The position numbers were made by a program, and so were the translations under genes. 64,000 nt of DNA, from contig CBDFJQ010000002.1 in the NCBI GenBank assembly GCA_965248575.1, positions 4,000,001-4,064,000 of the forward strand, read 5' to 3'. Shown here in pieces: positions 32,258 through 41,226 of the stretch. Below the pieces are notes generated by a model. The model was not told the DNA's origin. It did not search any database and saw nothing but the letters and a program-made list of their open reading frames with translations. The stretch comes from Planctomycetota bacterium (GTDB lineage: Bacteria; Planctomycetota; B15-G4). The first letter of the stretch is position 1. Every line of letters starts with the position of its first letter.

Positions 32258-33280
32258 TCAGCCGGTGGTCAGGTAGGCACGGATGAGCGCGACGACCTCA
32301 TCGGGGGCGATGCGGCTCTCAGAGAAGTCTTTGAGGTTCGGGTCTGCCGAGAATCCATCCCCGGCCAGCGAGGGCGATGAGAAGCCGAGTTGTGCCACGG
32401 GTTGGTTCATGGGGGTGGACCACCAACTCGGGCAAGCGGCGGACTCCTGTGGATCCTCTCGCTCGCCCAACGCAGCTGCGAGGTTTTCGAAACCCCGGCG
32501 TGCTGGGGGTGAGCAACTCACCAGCTCGAACCAGGACTCCACGCGTTCCATCAGTCGATAGCGCGTGCCGCCCTCGCATTCCCTGAGCTGGAGCACGCGC
32601 GTGCAGGCACCGGCGGCGAGGTTCAGGCCGAGGCGCGTGTGTTCGAAGCTGGTTCGAACGATGGCGAGACTCAACGAGTCGTCGCGGATGACGTGCAGAC
32701 CGTTCCCTCGCTCGACGCACTGGAGGTCTTCGAGCATGCGGTCATAGTCGCTCTGCCACAGGCCCGCGTAGGTGAACGGTGCCGCGAGCAACTCCGGCAG
32801 GTGTACAAAGGCCCAGGCGTAGCAGCGCCCCTTGCGCTCCGTGTCGCTCTCTCCAGGCGTTCGCGGCACCGGGGACTGGGCGTGGGAGGGCAGGCACATG
32901 AGCGTGAGCTCCAGCGCGAGAGCCTCAGGACCGTTCCAGGTTCCGAAGTCTCCCGTGGCTGCCGCCCGCAGCAGCAGGTCGCTGTGGCCCAGTGCGAGTT
33001 CTGGCTGCAGCACCGCCCAGACGGAGAGCACGCCATCTGTGTCGTAGTGGTTGTTGGCCACGCTGTCGAAGGTGCCGCGCAAGCGCAGGCGCTCTTCGGG
33101 GGCCAGGGTTGCCCAGGCGAGGGCGATCCCAGTGCTCAGGTCGCGCTTGAGTTCCGCAGGCGTGTCGTTCCCGGGCCAATGACTGAGGCTGCGGAAACCG
33201 CTCTGGGTGCCGTCGACGAAGAGTGTGCTCTCAGGAGCGGCGTCGACGGGCGCGTAGTGGAAACGCAGGGGGCTGGCCAT
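32258..33280 (-). CDS. DUF6687-like protein (possible DHH-like phosphoesterase fold)
   Basis: VDG...LSHWPGNDTP..LKRDLST; NNHYDTDG; AA..GDF. Confidence 0.7.
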   Translation of the reverse strand: MASPLRFHYAPVDAAPESTLFVDGTQSGFRSLSHWPGNDTPAELKRDLSTGIALAWATLAPEERLRLRGTFDSVANNHYDTDGVLSVWAVLQPELALGHSDLLLRAAATGDFGTWNGPEALALELTLMCLPSHAQSPVPRTPGESDTERKGRCYAWAFVHLPELLAAPFTYAGLWQSDYDRMLEDLQCVERGNGLHVIRDDSLSLAIVRTSFEHTRLGLNLAAGACTRVLQLRECEGGTRYRLMERVESWFELVSCSPPARRGFENLAAALGEREDPQESAACPSWWSTPMNQPVAQLGFSSPSLAGDGFSADPNLKDFSESRIAPDEVVALIRAYLTTG

Positions 33281-33335
33281 CGTGAAGCGTCGCCGGGCGA
33301 GGGAACCGTCGTGGCCTCCCCCGCCCGGGTCTTGC

Positions 33336-33349
33336 CCCCGTTTCCGGGG
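33336..33349 (-). other. GNRA-capped hairpin just downstream of the histone gene stop
   Basis: Minus strand reads CCCCG-GAAA-CGGGG, with no U-tract. Confidence 0.4.
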
Positions 33350-33355
33350 AACCGC

Positions 33356-33538
33356 TTAGAGGTCGTGCGGGCGAACCGTGGAGCGCTTGTTCGCGGTCGT
33401 ACGCTGGCAGGCAGCTTCCAGCATCTCACGCACCTTCGCGGAGACAGCGTCGGGCAGCTCACCCGAGCACATCAGGCCTTTGGCCTTGAGGAAGGCCTTG
33501 ACCTTGCTTCCGATGATGTAGCTTTCCTTGTCGGACAT
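33356..33538 (-). CDS. Bacterial histone (minimal histone fold, 60 aa)
   Basis: MSDKESYIIGSKVKAFLKAKGLMCSGELPDAVSAKVREMLEAACQRTTANKRSTVRPHDL; RxTxxxxD clamp; strong SD (GAAGGAG) 6 nt before the ATG. Confidence 0.88.
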   Translation of the reverse strand: MSDKESYIIGSKVKAFLKAKGLMCSGELPDAVSAKVREMLEAACQRTTANKRSTVRPHDL

Positions 33539-33866
33539 CTCGATCTCCTTCGGGACGCAGGCGAGTGGCTAGGCGACCACCTCGCGGCGACGACCTAGTG
33601 GTTGTTATGGGGTCACGACTGTGACCGAAGCGGAGAATACCGGCCTCAGACGCCTGAAACGCCAAGTTTTAAGGAAAATGGGAAGTTTCGAATCAATGTC
33701 GGCGCATGTATTTGTGCCGTGATGCACCCGAGTCTTCCCAGCGAGGGCCGTGTCAGGGGACGCGGTCCAGATGGCCGGTTGGTTCGCTCCATGCGGGGTG
33801 TTACAGAAGGATCCGCCCTTGCGAGGGCCCACCCCCGTTCGGTTCATCCTTCGAAGAGACGTACCC

Positions 33867-34457
33867 ATGAGAGCCCTTGCCGCCTGCCTGTTGTTTTCCC
33901 TGACGCTTCTGCCCGGCTGTGCTTCCCGAGACAACTATCTCGTGAATCGGGTGGCCGATCTCTCGGACATTCTGAGGGTTCATGTCATGGCTGGGCCGGG
34001 CATCGCGGCCAAGATCGAAGCCACACGGCTGCTCCACGCGGGCGGTGAGTACACCCACAACTCCTTCGCATGGGGTTGGCACAATCGGGCCATCGGTTCC
34101 TGGCGTGAGAGTGTCGTGAGCTGGGGTCTGTTGGTTGGGCACTCCCATGAAGAAATCTCCGAGCCCATCGGTACCTACGCGGGTAACTACGGCTGGACCT
34201 TTGGAGAGGGCGGGATGGGTTTCGAGACGGCCAACGGCGGTCTCGATCTCGACCTGCTGACCTTCCGCGGCACCGCGATGTTCTTCCTGGGTGTCGACCT
34301 GGAAGTGCGAGTCGGTGAGGTGCTCGACTTCGTCGCGGGCATCTTCCAGTTCGATCCCGCCGCGGACGATCGCGACTACGAGAACATGCGTCGCGCCGAC
34401 CTGCCCTCCTCGTCGAGCGGCGAGCCCGAGGGCGACATGGGTAGCAGCCCCGAGTAG
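33867..34457 (+). CDS. Putative lipoprotein
   Basis: MRALAACLLFSLTLLPGC lipobox; beta-rich body. Confidence 0.7.
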   Translation: MRALAACLLFSLTLLPGCASRDNYLVNRVADLSDILRVHVMAGPGIAAKIEATRLLHAGGEYTHNSFAWGWHNRAIGSWRESVVSWGLLVGHSHEEISEPIGTYAGNYGWTFGEGGMGFETANGGLDLDLLTFRGTAMFFLGVDLEVRVGEVLDFVAGIFQFDPAADDRDYENMRRADLPSSSSGEPEGDMGSSPE

Positions 34458-34493
34458 CGCCGGGTCGCAGCCTGAACCATGTCGGTTGGCGAC

Positions 34494-36977
34494 CTAGCCG
34501 CCAGATGGGCTTGCGGTGTCACCCGCAACGGGTGCCATGAGCTGGGCGTCGTACAGGCGATGCAGTTCGAAGAGGCTATGTGTCCCTTCGCCATGCCGGT
34601 GAGGGTCGAACGGGCTTTCCGAGCGCGTCGGCCGGGAGAAGACACCGAGCCCAAGTCGCGTACCTTCCCGCAGGCGCAAACCCTCGGTGGCGATCGCAGG
34701 TTCGCGCCGATGGACGTCTGCGGCACCGGCACCGAGCTTTGCCGGTAGCCGGACGGTGAGACGTTGCCACGTGCCGTCGGTGCCGACCTCCAAGGAGGTC
34801 TCTTCGAGTCGGCGCGTCCCCACGAAGACACCCTGGGGGTCGGCGTATGCCCGGAGGCAGAGCTTCGCCGAACCCATGTAGACATCGGAGCCTAGCGTCC
34901 CGTCCGTGGTCTCGACGACGGCATCGGTGACCCAGCGCCCGAACGGACCACTGCCATCGATCTCGAGGAAGACATCACTCCGTGCCAGGGTCTCGATGGC
35001 CAGGGTGAGGTGTGACTCCGTCCAACTGGCGAAGAGGCGCAACTCGCGGTTTGCGAGCGACGGCCCCGTCGCGAGCAAGCGCGGCTCGTTGCCGTAGGGG
35101 ATCGTGCCGGTGAAGTCGCTCAGCGGCCAGGGGTCCTGGCCGTCGTCCTGGCCGTCGCCGTCCGTGTCGGCCTGGGCCGGGTCCGAGCTGAGATACAGCC
35201 CGACCATGAGCTCCGCCAGGTCCCCCAGACCATCCCCGTCGGAGTCGTCCGCCTGGTCACTGCTGCCAAAGCGCACTTCATCAATGGGCGCATCGGCGTC
35301 CGCATCAGGCAGCCCATCTCCATCTTGGTCCAAGACCTCGAAACGCATCCGGTAAGGCGGAGAGAGCTGACTCCAGAATTCGGTCAATCGCAACAGGGCT
35401 GCCTGCCCGTCCCAGTCCTCGCCGACATCGAAGACCAGTGAGTTTCCTCCCAGCCGCCGCTCGGCATAGTCCTGGTCAAAGTGCCCCGTCGGAAGACCCG
35501 AGAGCCCGAGGGTGCTGGCCAAGCCTTCGTTCAACACGTGTTGGAGTTCGTGAATGAAGTCCCACGCGATGGCGGGGTCGGGGCCCAAGGCACCGGGGGG
35601 GGTCGGGACACCCCCCGAGCGCCCGAAGGCACCCGCTGACTTGCCGAGCAGGGTGAAGTTGCCCCAGCTACCTCCCGCATCGCCGACGACGGCGAAGACC
35701 ATGCCGTAGGCGTTGTTGGGGATGCCTTGCGAGCTCAGGTCCCGCTCGATGAGCGCCATGCTCGGGCCGAGAGTCGATGGATGGGGCCCGTGCCGGCGCA
35801 GGAAGGTCAGGTCCAGCAGCAACTTGCCCGCGCTGTGCCGGAAGACGAACAGGCGGGCTGCTTCCAGGCTTTGCTCGATACGGTCAGCCTCGGCCGCGCC
35901 GCCTGGGAGCGAGTCGACATAGGTCGCGACCAGCACAGGAAGGCGTCCGAGGTTCCGATAGCCCTCAGGTGTGGTGGACTGCGCGCGCACCCGGGCTTCC
36001 GGGCTCATGGACGTGAGCGGGTTTCCGAACACGTCCACGCGACGGACCGAGTATTGGTGGGCGGAACCAGGCTCGATGTCATCGAAGTACAGCGCGCGGT
36101 CTGCGCGGCCGATTGACTTGGTGTCCTTGTCACCGGGGGCACGTCGGAACACCTCGAAGGGCGGCGCGCCCTCGAAGGTCAACCGGACCTGTTGATAGCC
36201 GGGCCTAGCGACTGGAGCTGGCGGTGCAGCTTCGAGTTTCTGGACGAGGAGCGTCCGACGCTGGCTCTCGAGTTGGCCTACGTGGGCCGTGATGGTGACG
36301 GGGCCGCCGGCGCGTGTGATCAGGCGGTTGCCTTCCACTTGAACAGCTCGTTGAGGCGCAGCCACGAGTCGCGCCAGCGCTGTGAGATCCGGGCGACCTC
36401 CGAGGGAATCGCGTCCGCTGACGATGACCGGGAAGCTGCCTCCTTCCGGCAGTGTCTCCGGTACGTTCTCCAGATCGATGCGGTCGACTTCGAGTTCGCC
36501 CGACACGCGGATCTCGGACACGTTGCACGTTCCTTCTCCGTCCACGCGAGCGACCGAGATCTCGAGCTGCTTGGTGGCGACATCCTTGAGATGGAAGCTG
36601 GCGGGCTGGTTGCGCTCCGCCTGGGATTCTCCTGCGGCGAAGCGGCGCCCGTCCTGCCCGATCACCACGAGGTTGACCTGGAGTGCATCCCGGGAAGCGG
36701 GGCGCACGGACACCTCGCGCACGACGTGGGTGGACGTGAAGGTGATGGTGAAGGTGGCTGAAGCGTCCGCAGTCTGGACGGTGGTGGCATGACTGCGATC
36801 GATCAAGTCACGCCAGCTGCCTCGCTGCAGTGGGCTGCTCTCCATCTCGAGCCCCCCGAGGCGACTCCAGCCCAACAGGTCGAATTCGGCCTCGACCTGC
36901 TCTGCCGCCACCGACGGCGCTGCGACCCAGAGCAGGGTTACGAACGGCAGGAGATGGCGGGCGAGGGGCGCTTTCAT
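34494..36977 (-). CDS. Secreted multidomain protein with HExxH motif and DxDGDG Ca-binding repeats
   Basis: Signal peptide; FIHELQH; DQDGDGLPD, DSDGDGLGD, DTDGDGQDD. Confidence 0.7.
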   Translation of the reverse strand: MKAPLARHLLPFVTLLWVAAPSVAAEQVEAEFDLLGWSRLGGLEMESSPLQRGSWRDLIDRSHATTVQTADASATFTITFTSTHVVREVSVRPASRDALQVNLVVIGQDGRRFAAGESQAERNQPASFHLKDVATKQLEISVARVDGEGTCNVSEIRVSGELEVDRIDLENVPETLPEGGSFPVIVSGRDSLGGRPDLTALARLVAAPQRAVQVEGNRLITRAGGPVTITAHVGQLESQRRTLLVQKLEAAPPAPVARPGYQQVRLTFEGAPPFEVFRRAPGDKDTKSIGRADRALYFDDIEPGSAHQYSVRRVDVFGNPLTSMSPEARVRAQSTTPEGYRNLGRLPVLVATYVDSLPGGAAEADRIEQSLEAARLFVFRHSAGKLLLDLTFLRRHGPHPSTLGPSMALIERDLSSQGIPNNAYGMVFAVVGDAGGSWGNFTLLGKSAGAFGRSGGVPTPPGALGPDPAIAWDFIHELQHVLNEGLASTLGLSGLPTGHFDQDYAERRLGGNSLVFDVGEDWDGQAALLRLTEFWSQLSPPYRMRFEVLDQDGDGLPDADADAPIDEVRFGSSDQADDSDGDGLGDLAELMVGLYLSSDPAQADTDGDGQDDGQDPWPLSDFTGTIPYGNEPRLLATGPSLANRELRLFASWTESHLTLAIETLARSDVFLEIDGSGPFGRWVTDAVVETTDGTLGSDVYMGSAKLCLRAYADPQGVFVGTRRLEETSLEVGTDGTWQRLTVRLPAKLGAGAADVHRREPAIATEGLRLREGTRLGLGVFSRPTRSESPFDPHRHGEGTHSLFELHRLYDAQLMAPVAGDTASPSGG

Positions 36978-37054
36978 GGGGTCATGATCCGCCCCGGCGC
37001 TGCCGACGCAAGATGCCGTTGACCCAGAGCGCGGCGGTCATCACTGTGTGGCGC

Positions 37055-38584
37055 ATGACCACCCTCGTACTTGGCCAGAATCGGCTTCAACTTGACGATC
37101 TCGAACGCCTTTTGGGGCCCCGGCCTCCTCGATTGGCCGTGGATCCGGAGGCCATGAAGGCTGTCCGGGCCTCGCGCCAGGTCGTGGAACAGGCCATGGC
37201 CATGGGCGACGTCTGTTATGGGATCAACACGGGTTTCGGCAAGTTGGCCAATGTCGTGGTCCCGAACCGTGATTTGCGTGCCCTCCAGGTGAACCTGGTC
37301 CGGAGCCACGCATGTGGTGTCGGCCAGCCCCTGAGTCGGTCCGTGTGCCAGTTGGCCTTCGCGCTGCGCATCACCAACATGGCGCGTGGGCGTTCGGGCG
37401 TGCGGCGTGTCCTGCTCGAGCGGGCTGTCGAGGTGTTCAATGCGGGGATCGTGCCCGTGCTTCCGGGGCAAGGCTCCGTCGGAGCTTCGGGCGATCTCGC
37501 TCCCCTGGCGCACATGGCCCTCGTGCTGCTCGGTGAGGGCAAGGCCTGGAAGGGGAGGCGCATCGTCGATGGGGGGGCGGCGCTCGAGTCGGCGGGCATC
37601 GAGCCCATCCGGTTGCACTCGAAGGAAGGCCTGTCGCTGCTCAACGGAACCCAGGTCTCGACGTCCATCTTGTACGACGCCTTGTTGCACTCTCAGCGCT
37701 TGGCCAAGTCGGCGGACATCGCCACGGCCTGCACCCTCGAGGCCTACAAGGGGACAGACGCCGCTTACGATGCGCGCATCCATGAGGTGCGGGGGCATGA
37801 GGGGCAGTCGACCGTGGCTTCGAACCTCCGGCGGCTGATCGCAGGAAGCGAGATTCGCGAGTCGCATCAGGAGTGCGATCGCGTCCAGGACAACTACAGC
37901 ATTCGGTGCGCGCCCCAGGTGCACGGGGCGACCTGGGATGCATTGCGCTACATCGAGGGAGTCGTGGTTCGCGAAGCGAATGCAGTGACGGACAACCCGC
38001 TCGTGTTTCCCGAAGGTGATGTCCTTTCCGGAGGCAACTTCCACGCCCAGCCGGTGGCCGTCGCCGCGGACTTCCTAAAGATCGTGGTTTCCGAGCTGGC
38101 CAACATCTCCGAGCGCCGCATCGAGAACCTCGTCAATCCCGACCTCTCCGGCCTACCAGCTTTCCTGGCCGAGGGCAGCGGCCTGCGCAGCGGCTTGATG
38201 ATCGCCCAGGTGACGGCTGCCGCGCTGGTGTCGGAGAACAAGGTGCTGGCGCATCCGGCCTCGGTGGACTCGATCCCCACCTCAGCGGGCAAGGAGGACC
38301 ATGTGTCCATGGCCACGCATGGGGCACGGCAAGCGCGGCAGATCGTGGACAACGCAACCTATGTGGTTGCAGTGGAACTCATGTCGGCCTTCCATGGCCT
38401 CGCTTTCGAGAAGACCTACAAGGCTGGACACGGTGTCGAGGCGGCTCGGAAGCACTTGCGCACAGTGCTGAAGCCGCTCCTTCGGGATCGTGTCTTGTCA
38501 GGCGACATGGAAGCTGTGGCTGCCCTCGTTCACGATGGCAGTTTGGTGGCGGCCGTGGAGCGCAAGATCGGCGCGCTGGACTAG
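37055..38584 (+). CDS. hutH: Histidine ammonia-lyase
   Basis: YGINTGFG, SHACGVG, GSVGASGDLAPLAH (MIO-forming ASG), QDxYSxRCxPQVHG, GGNFH; hutU nearby. Confidence 0.95.
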   Translation: MTTLVLGQNRLQLDDLERLLGPRPPRLAVDPEAMKAVRASRQVVEQAMAMGDVCYGINTGFGKLANVVVPNRDLRALQVNLVRSHACGVGQPLSRSVCQLAFALRITNMARGRSGVRRVLLERAVEVFNAGIVPVLPGQGSVGASGDLAPLAHMALVLLGEGKAWKGRRIVDGGAALESAGIEPIRLHSKEGLSLLNGTQVSTSILYDALLHSQRLAKSADIATACTLEAYKGTDAAYDARIHEVRGHEGQSTVASNLRRLIAGSEIRESHQECDRVQDNYSIRCAPQVHGATWDALRYIEGVVVREANAVTDNPLVFPEGDVLSGGNFHAQPVAVAADFLKIVVSELANISERRIENLVNPDLSGLPAFLAEGSGLRSGLMIAQVTAAALVSENKVLAHPASVDSIPTSAGKEDHVSMATHGARQARQIVDNATYVVAVELMSAFHGLAFEKTYKAGHGVEAARKHLRTVLKPLLRDRVLSGDMEAVAALVHDGSLVAAVERKIGALD

Positions 38585-38727
38585 GAGCCCCTAGAACTAG
38601 AAGCGCCGGGGCCTAGGCGTACGGGCGCCGGGCCGACTCGTGTTTGGGCGTGGGTTGTCACCCCTGCTTGTCGTGGACGTGCGTAAGGTAGAGCCCCTGA
38701 AGTCGCGGGCGCCTGAGGGAGCATGTC

Positions 38728-41097
38728 ATGGCACGGAAAGCTCGGCGGACGATGTGGTTCTGGCCCGTGACCCTGGTTGCGGTGGCCATCCTGTCCGTCG
38801 CCCTGTGGGAATCCATCGGTGGCCGCGGAGAATCGGATGCGGCGCTGACGACGGATCGGCAGCCCGCCGGTGAACAGGTCGCAGGTGAACCGGCTTCTGG
38901 CACGGTGGACTCGCCAACGGCTGATGTGGGGGAGAGCCCGGCGACGGGAGAAGCAGGCGCAGCTGCGCCAGCGTCGCGACTCTCACTGCGCATCGTGCGC
39001 TGGCCCGATGGAAAGCGCGTTGCGGGAGCTACGGTGCGCGTGGCATCGGGTGATCACTTGCTCGCCGCCGAAGGGCGACCATCCCTCGATGGTTATCTGG
39101 AACTCGGGGTGCCCAATGGAATCGAGGCGCTGACGGTGACAGCGAGCGCCCCCGGGCATGGAAGCGTGGAGCGCAGCCTGCTCGTCGAGGACCTGGGGAG
39201 CAGGACCGTCCTCATGGAGCTTCGACCGACCACGGGCTGGATCGGGCGCGTGGTGTCGTCCCATGGAGTCCCGCTTGCCGGGGCGCATGTCGTTGCACGA
39301 AGGTACTGGCCGCCGAGGCCCGCCTATCTCGACGATGGGGAAGGCGAGGTGCATCTCACGAGCGTCCAGGCCACGGCGCCGGCCCAGACGGGCGGGGTCA
39401 CCAACGCGACCGGTCACTTCTACGTGGAGCCTTTTCGCGACGACAACGTGGTGGATCTGGTGTTGTCCGTGGTGGACGAGCAGTTCGCTTCTGAGCGGGT
39501 CCACATACCGCTGCCGTTCGTGGGACAGCAGCTTCCTGACCTCGTGACCTTCGGCGCGTCTCCGCTGACGGGGCAGGTCGTGGACAGCAGCGGCTACCCG
39601 GTTCCTCATGCCGTGCTTCAGGTGGACAGGGGCCCGGGACAGGATCGATACATCGAAGAGTCGCTGGTGGCGGATGACGAGGGGCGCTTCCGGGTGAACC
39701 GGGTGTTCTCTGCCCAGCATCTACGCGTGACGGAGGACCGGAGCTGGTTTCTCGGAGGGCGTACCCAGGGGCAGGAGTTGCCTCTTCGGGATGGCTGGGT
39801 GCGGGTGGAACCCGGGGCCCCTTGGGTGACCTTGGTGCTCGACCCGGGCGGGATGGTGGCGGGCCAGCTGCTCGACGCAGCCAGCAGTCAACCCATCCGG
39901 GATGGGCGCGCGGTGCTTAGGGCAGGGCAGGGGCTGACGCTGGCGAGCGGGTTGTCGGATGCCGAGGGACACTTCGAGCTGTTGCTTCCCCCGGAGGACA
40001 TCGGACGCAGGGTGCAGCTGAGGCTCTCGGCGGTGGGCTATGAGCGCTGGACGCGGGACACGACGGTCGAGCCCCGGCTGCGCGCCCACCAACTGCCGGA
40101 GTACCTTTCGCCGGGCCTGGGTACTCAGCGAATCCATGGAGTGGTCCAGTTGTTGTCAGGTGGGCTCAGCGAGGCAGAAGTGCTCGAGCATCCGGGGCCC
40201 GGCGAACCGGCCGAAGGTGTCGTGGTACGTGCGTACATCGCAACGCGTGGCGGTCCCGTCGGCAGTTGGGTCCTGGAGGATGGACTGCCCAGTGAGTTCG
40301 AGCTGGTCTGGGAAGGAGTGAGCGACGATGCGGGAGCCTTCAGCTTCATCGCGACGGCCGACCCCTCCACGAGACTCGTCGTGATCTCGGAAATGGCTGC
40401 GCCGGAGGGTGCCTTGCACCTGGGACAGTGGGGGCCGCAGCCTCTCTCTGCTGCTGCTGGCGGCATCAGTTTCCTGCAGTCCTATGGGCAGAGTGTGACC
40501 GTGGATGTGGGCGGGCTGGAGAAGGGTCGGCGCTACCTGGTGCAGCAGACCAGTTGGAACCCCTGGACGCAGAGCAGTTGGTCGGGGGCTGTTCCCTTTC
40601 CGGTGGAAAGCGAGGGGTGGGCCACGATCTCCGTTCAGACAGCGACCAAGGGTGCGGCATTCTTCGACGTGCGTGTGGACCGTGGGCCCGTGTCGGCTCC
40701 CGTCGCCTCCAGCACCGGGTGGTTGGAGCTGGAAGACATCCAGACGCAACGGATCGAGATCCCACCGCTGCGCTCCGTTTCAGGTGAGCTCCGCTGGTTT
40801 GCGGATGGGGACTGGCCTGACCTCTGCCTCGCGTTCGTGGGAGACGCCGTGCCGACCTGGCGCTCCGAGTGGGTGGGGGAGAGCGATTGGTGTGTGCGTC
40901 CCGACAAGGACGGCCGCTTCCACCTGCCGGAACTTCCGCCCCGGGAATACTCACTGATGCTGTATCGGCCCCTGGGTGACGAGGGGGTGGAGGTCCTGGC
41001 CGAGCAAACGGTGTCCGTGACGTCTGATCTCTTCCGGCTTGACGCCTGGCCTCAACGCCCCGCCTTCTCCACCGAGGGTTACTCCTCGGGTCGTTAG
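38728..41097 (+). CDS. Membrane-anchored protein with carboxypeptidase-regulatory-like repeats
   Basis: N-terminal TM; repeated GxVVxxxGxPxxxA motifs. Confidence 0.7.
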   Translation: MARKARRTMWFWPVTLVAVAILSVALWESIGGRGESDAALTTDRQPAGEQVAGEPASGTVDSPTADVGESPATGEAGAAAPASRLSLRIVRWPDGKRVAGATVRVASGDHLLAAEGRPSLDGYLELGVPNGIEALTVTASAPGHGSVERSLLVEDLGSRTVLMELRPTTGWIGRVVSSHGVPLAGAHVVARRYWPPRPAYLDDGEGEVHLTSVQATAPAQTGGVTNATGHFYVEPFRDDNVVDLVLSVVDEQFASERVHIPLPFVGQQLPDLVTFGASPLTGQVVDSSGYPVPHAVLQVDRGPGQDRYIEESLVADDEGRFRVNRVFSAQHLRVTEDRSWFLGGRTQGQELPLRDGWVRVEPGAPWVTLVLDPGGMVAGQLLDAASSQPIRDGRAVLRAGQGLTLASGLSDAEGHFELLLPPEDIGRRVQLRLSAVGYERWTRDTTVEPRLRAHQLPEYLSPGLGTQRIHGVVQLLSGGLSEAEVLEHPGPGEPAEGVVVRAYIATRGGPVGSWVLEDGLPSEFELVWEGVSDDAGAFSFIATADPSTRLVVISEMAAPEGALHLGQWGPQPLSAAAGGISFLQSYGQSVTVDVGGLEKGRRYLVQQTSWNPWTQSSWSGAVPFPVESEGWATISVQTATKGAAFFDVRVDRGPVSAPVASSTGWLELEDIQTQRIEIPPLRSVSGELRWFADGDWPDLCLAFVGDAVPTWRSEWVGESDWCVRPDKDGRFHLPELPPREYSLMLYRPLGDEGVEVLAEQTVSVTSDLFRLDAWPQRPAFSTEGYSSGR

Positions 41098-41226
41098 GCG
41101 CAGCGGAATCGGTGGGGCGTTTTCGGGTTTCGTGCACTTCATGCGTATGATCGGACGCCGCGCGCCCTGTCCGCCCAGACTAGTTGCGCACCCTGCTGCG
41201 CGCTCCTCGAACAACGGAATCCAGTG

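Noticed and set aside
37055..38584. Phenylalanine/tyrosine ammonia-lyase feeding the HBCR-like enzyme
   Set aside because: The SH specificity motif (RSHACG) and the nearby hutU indicate histidase.
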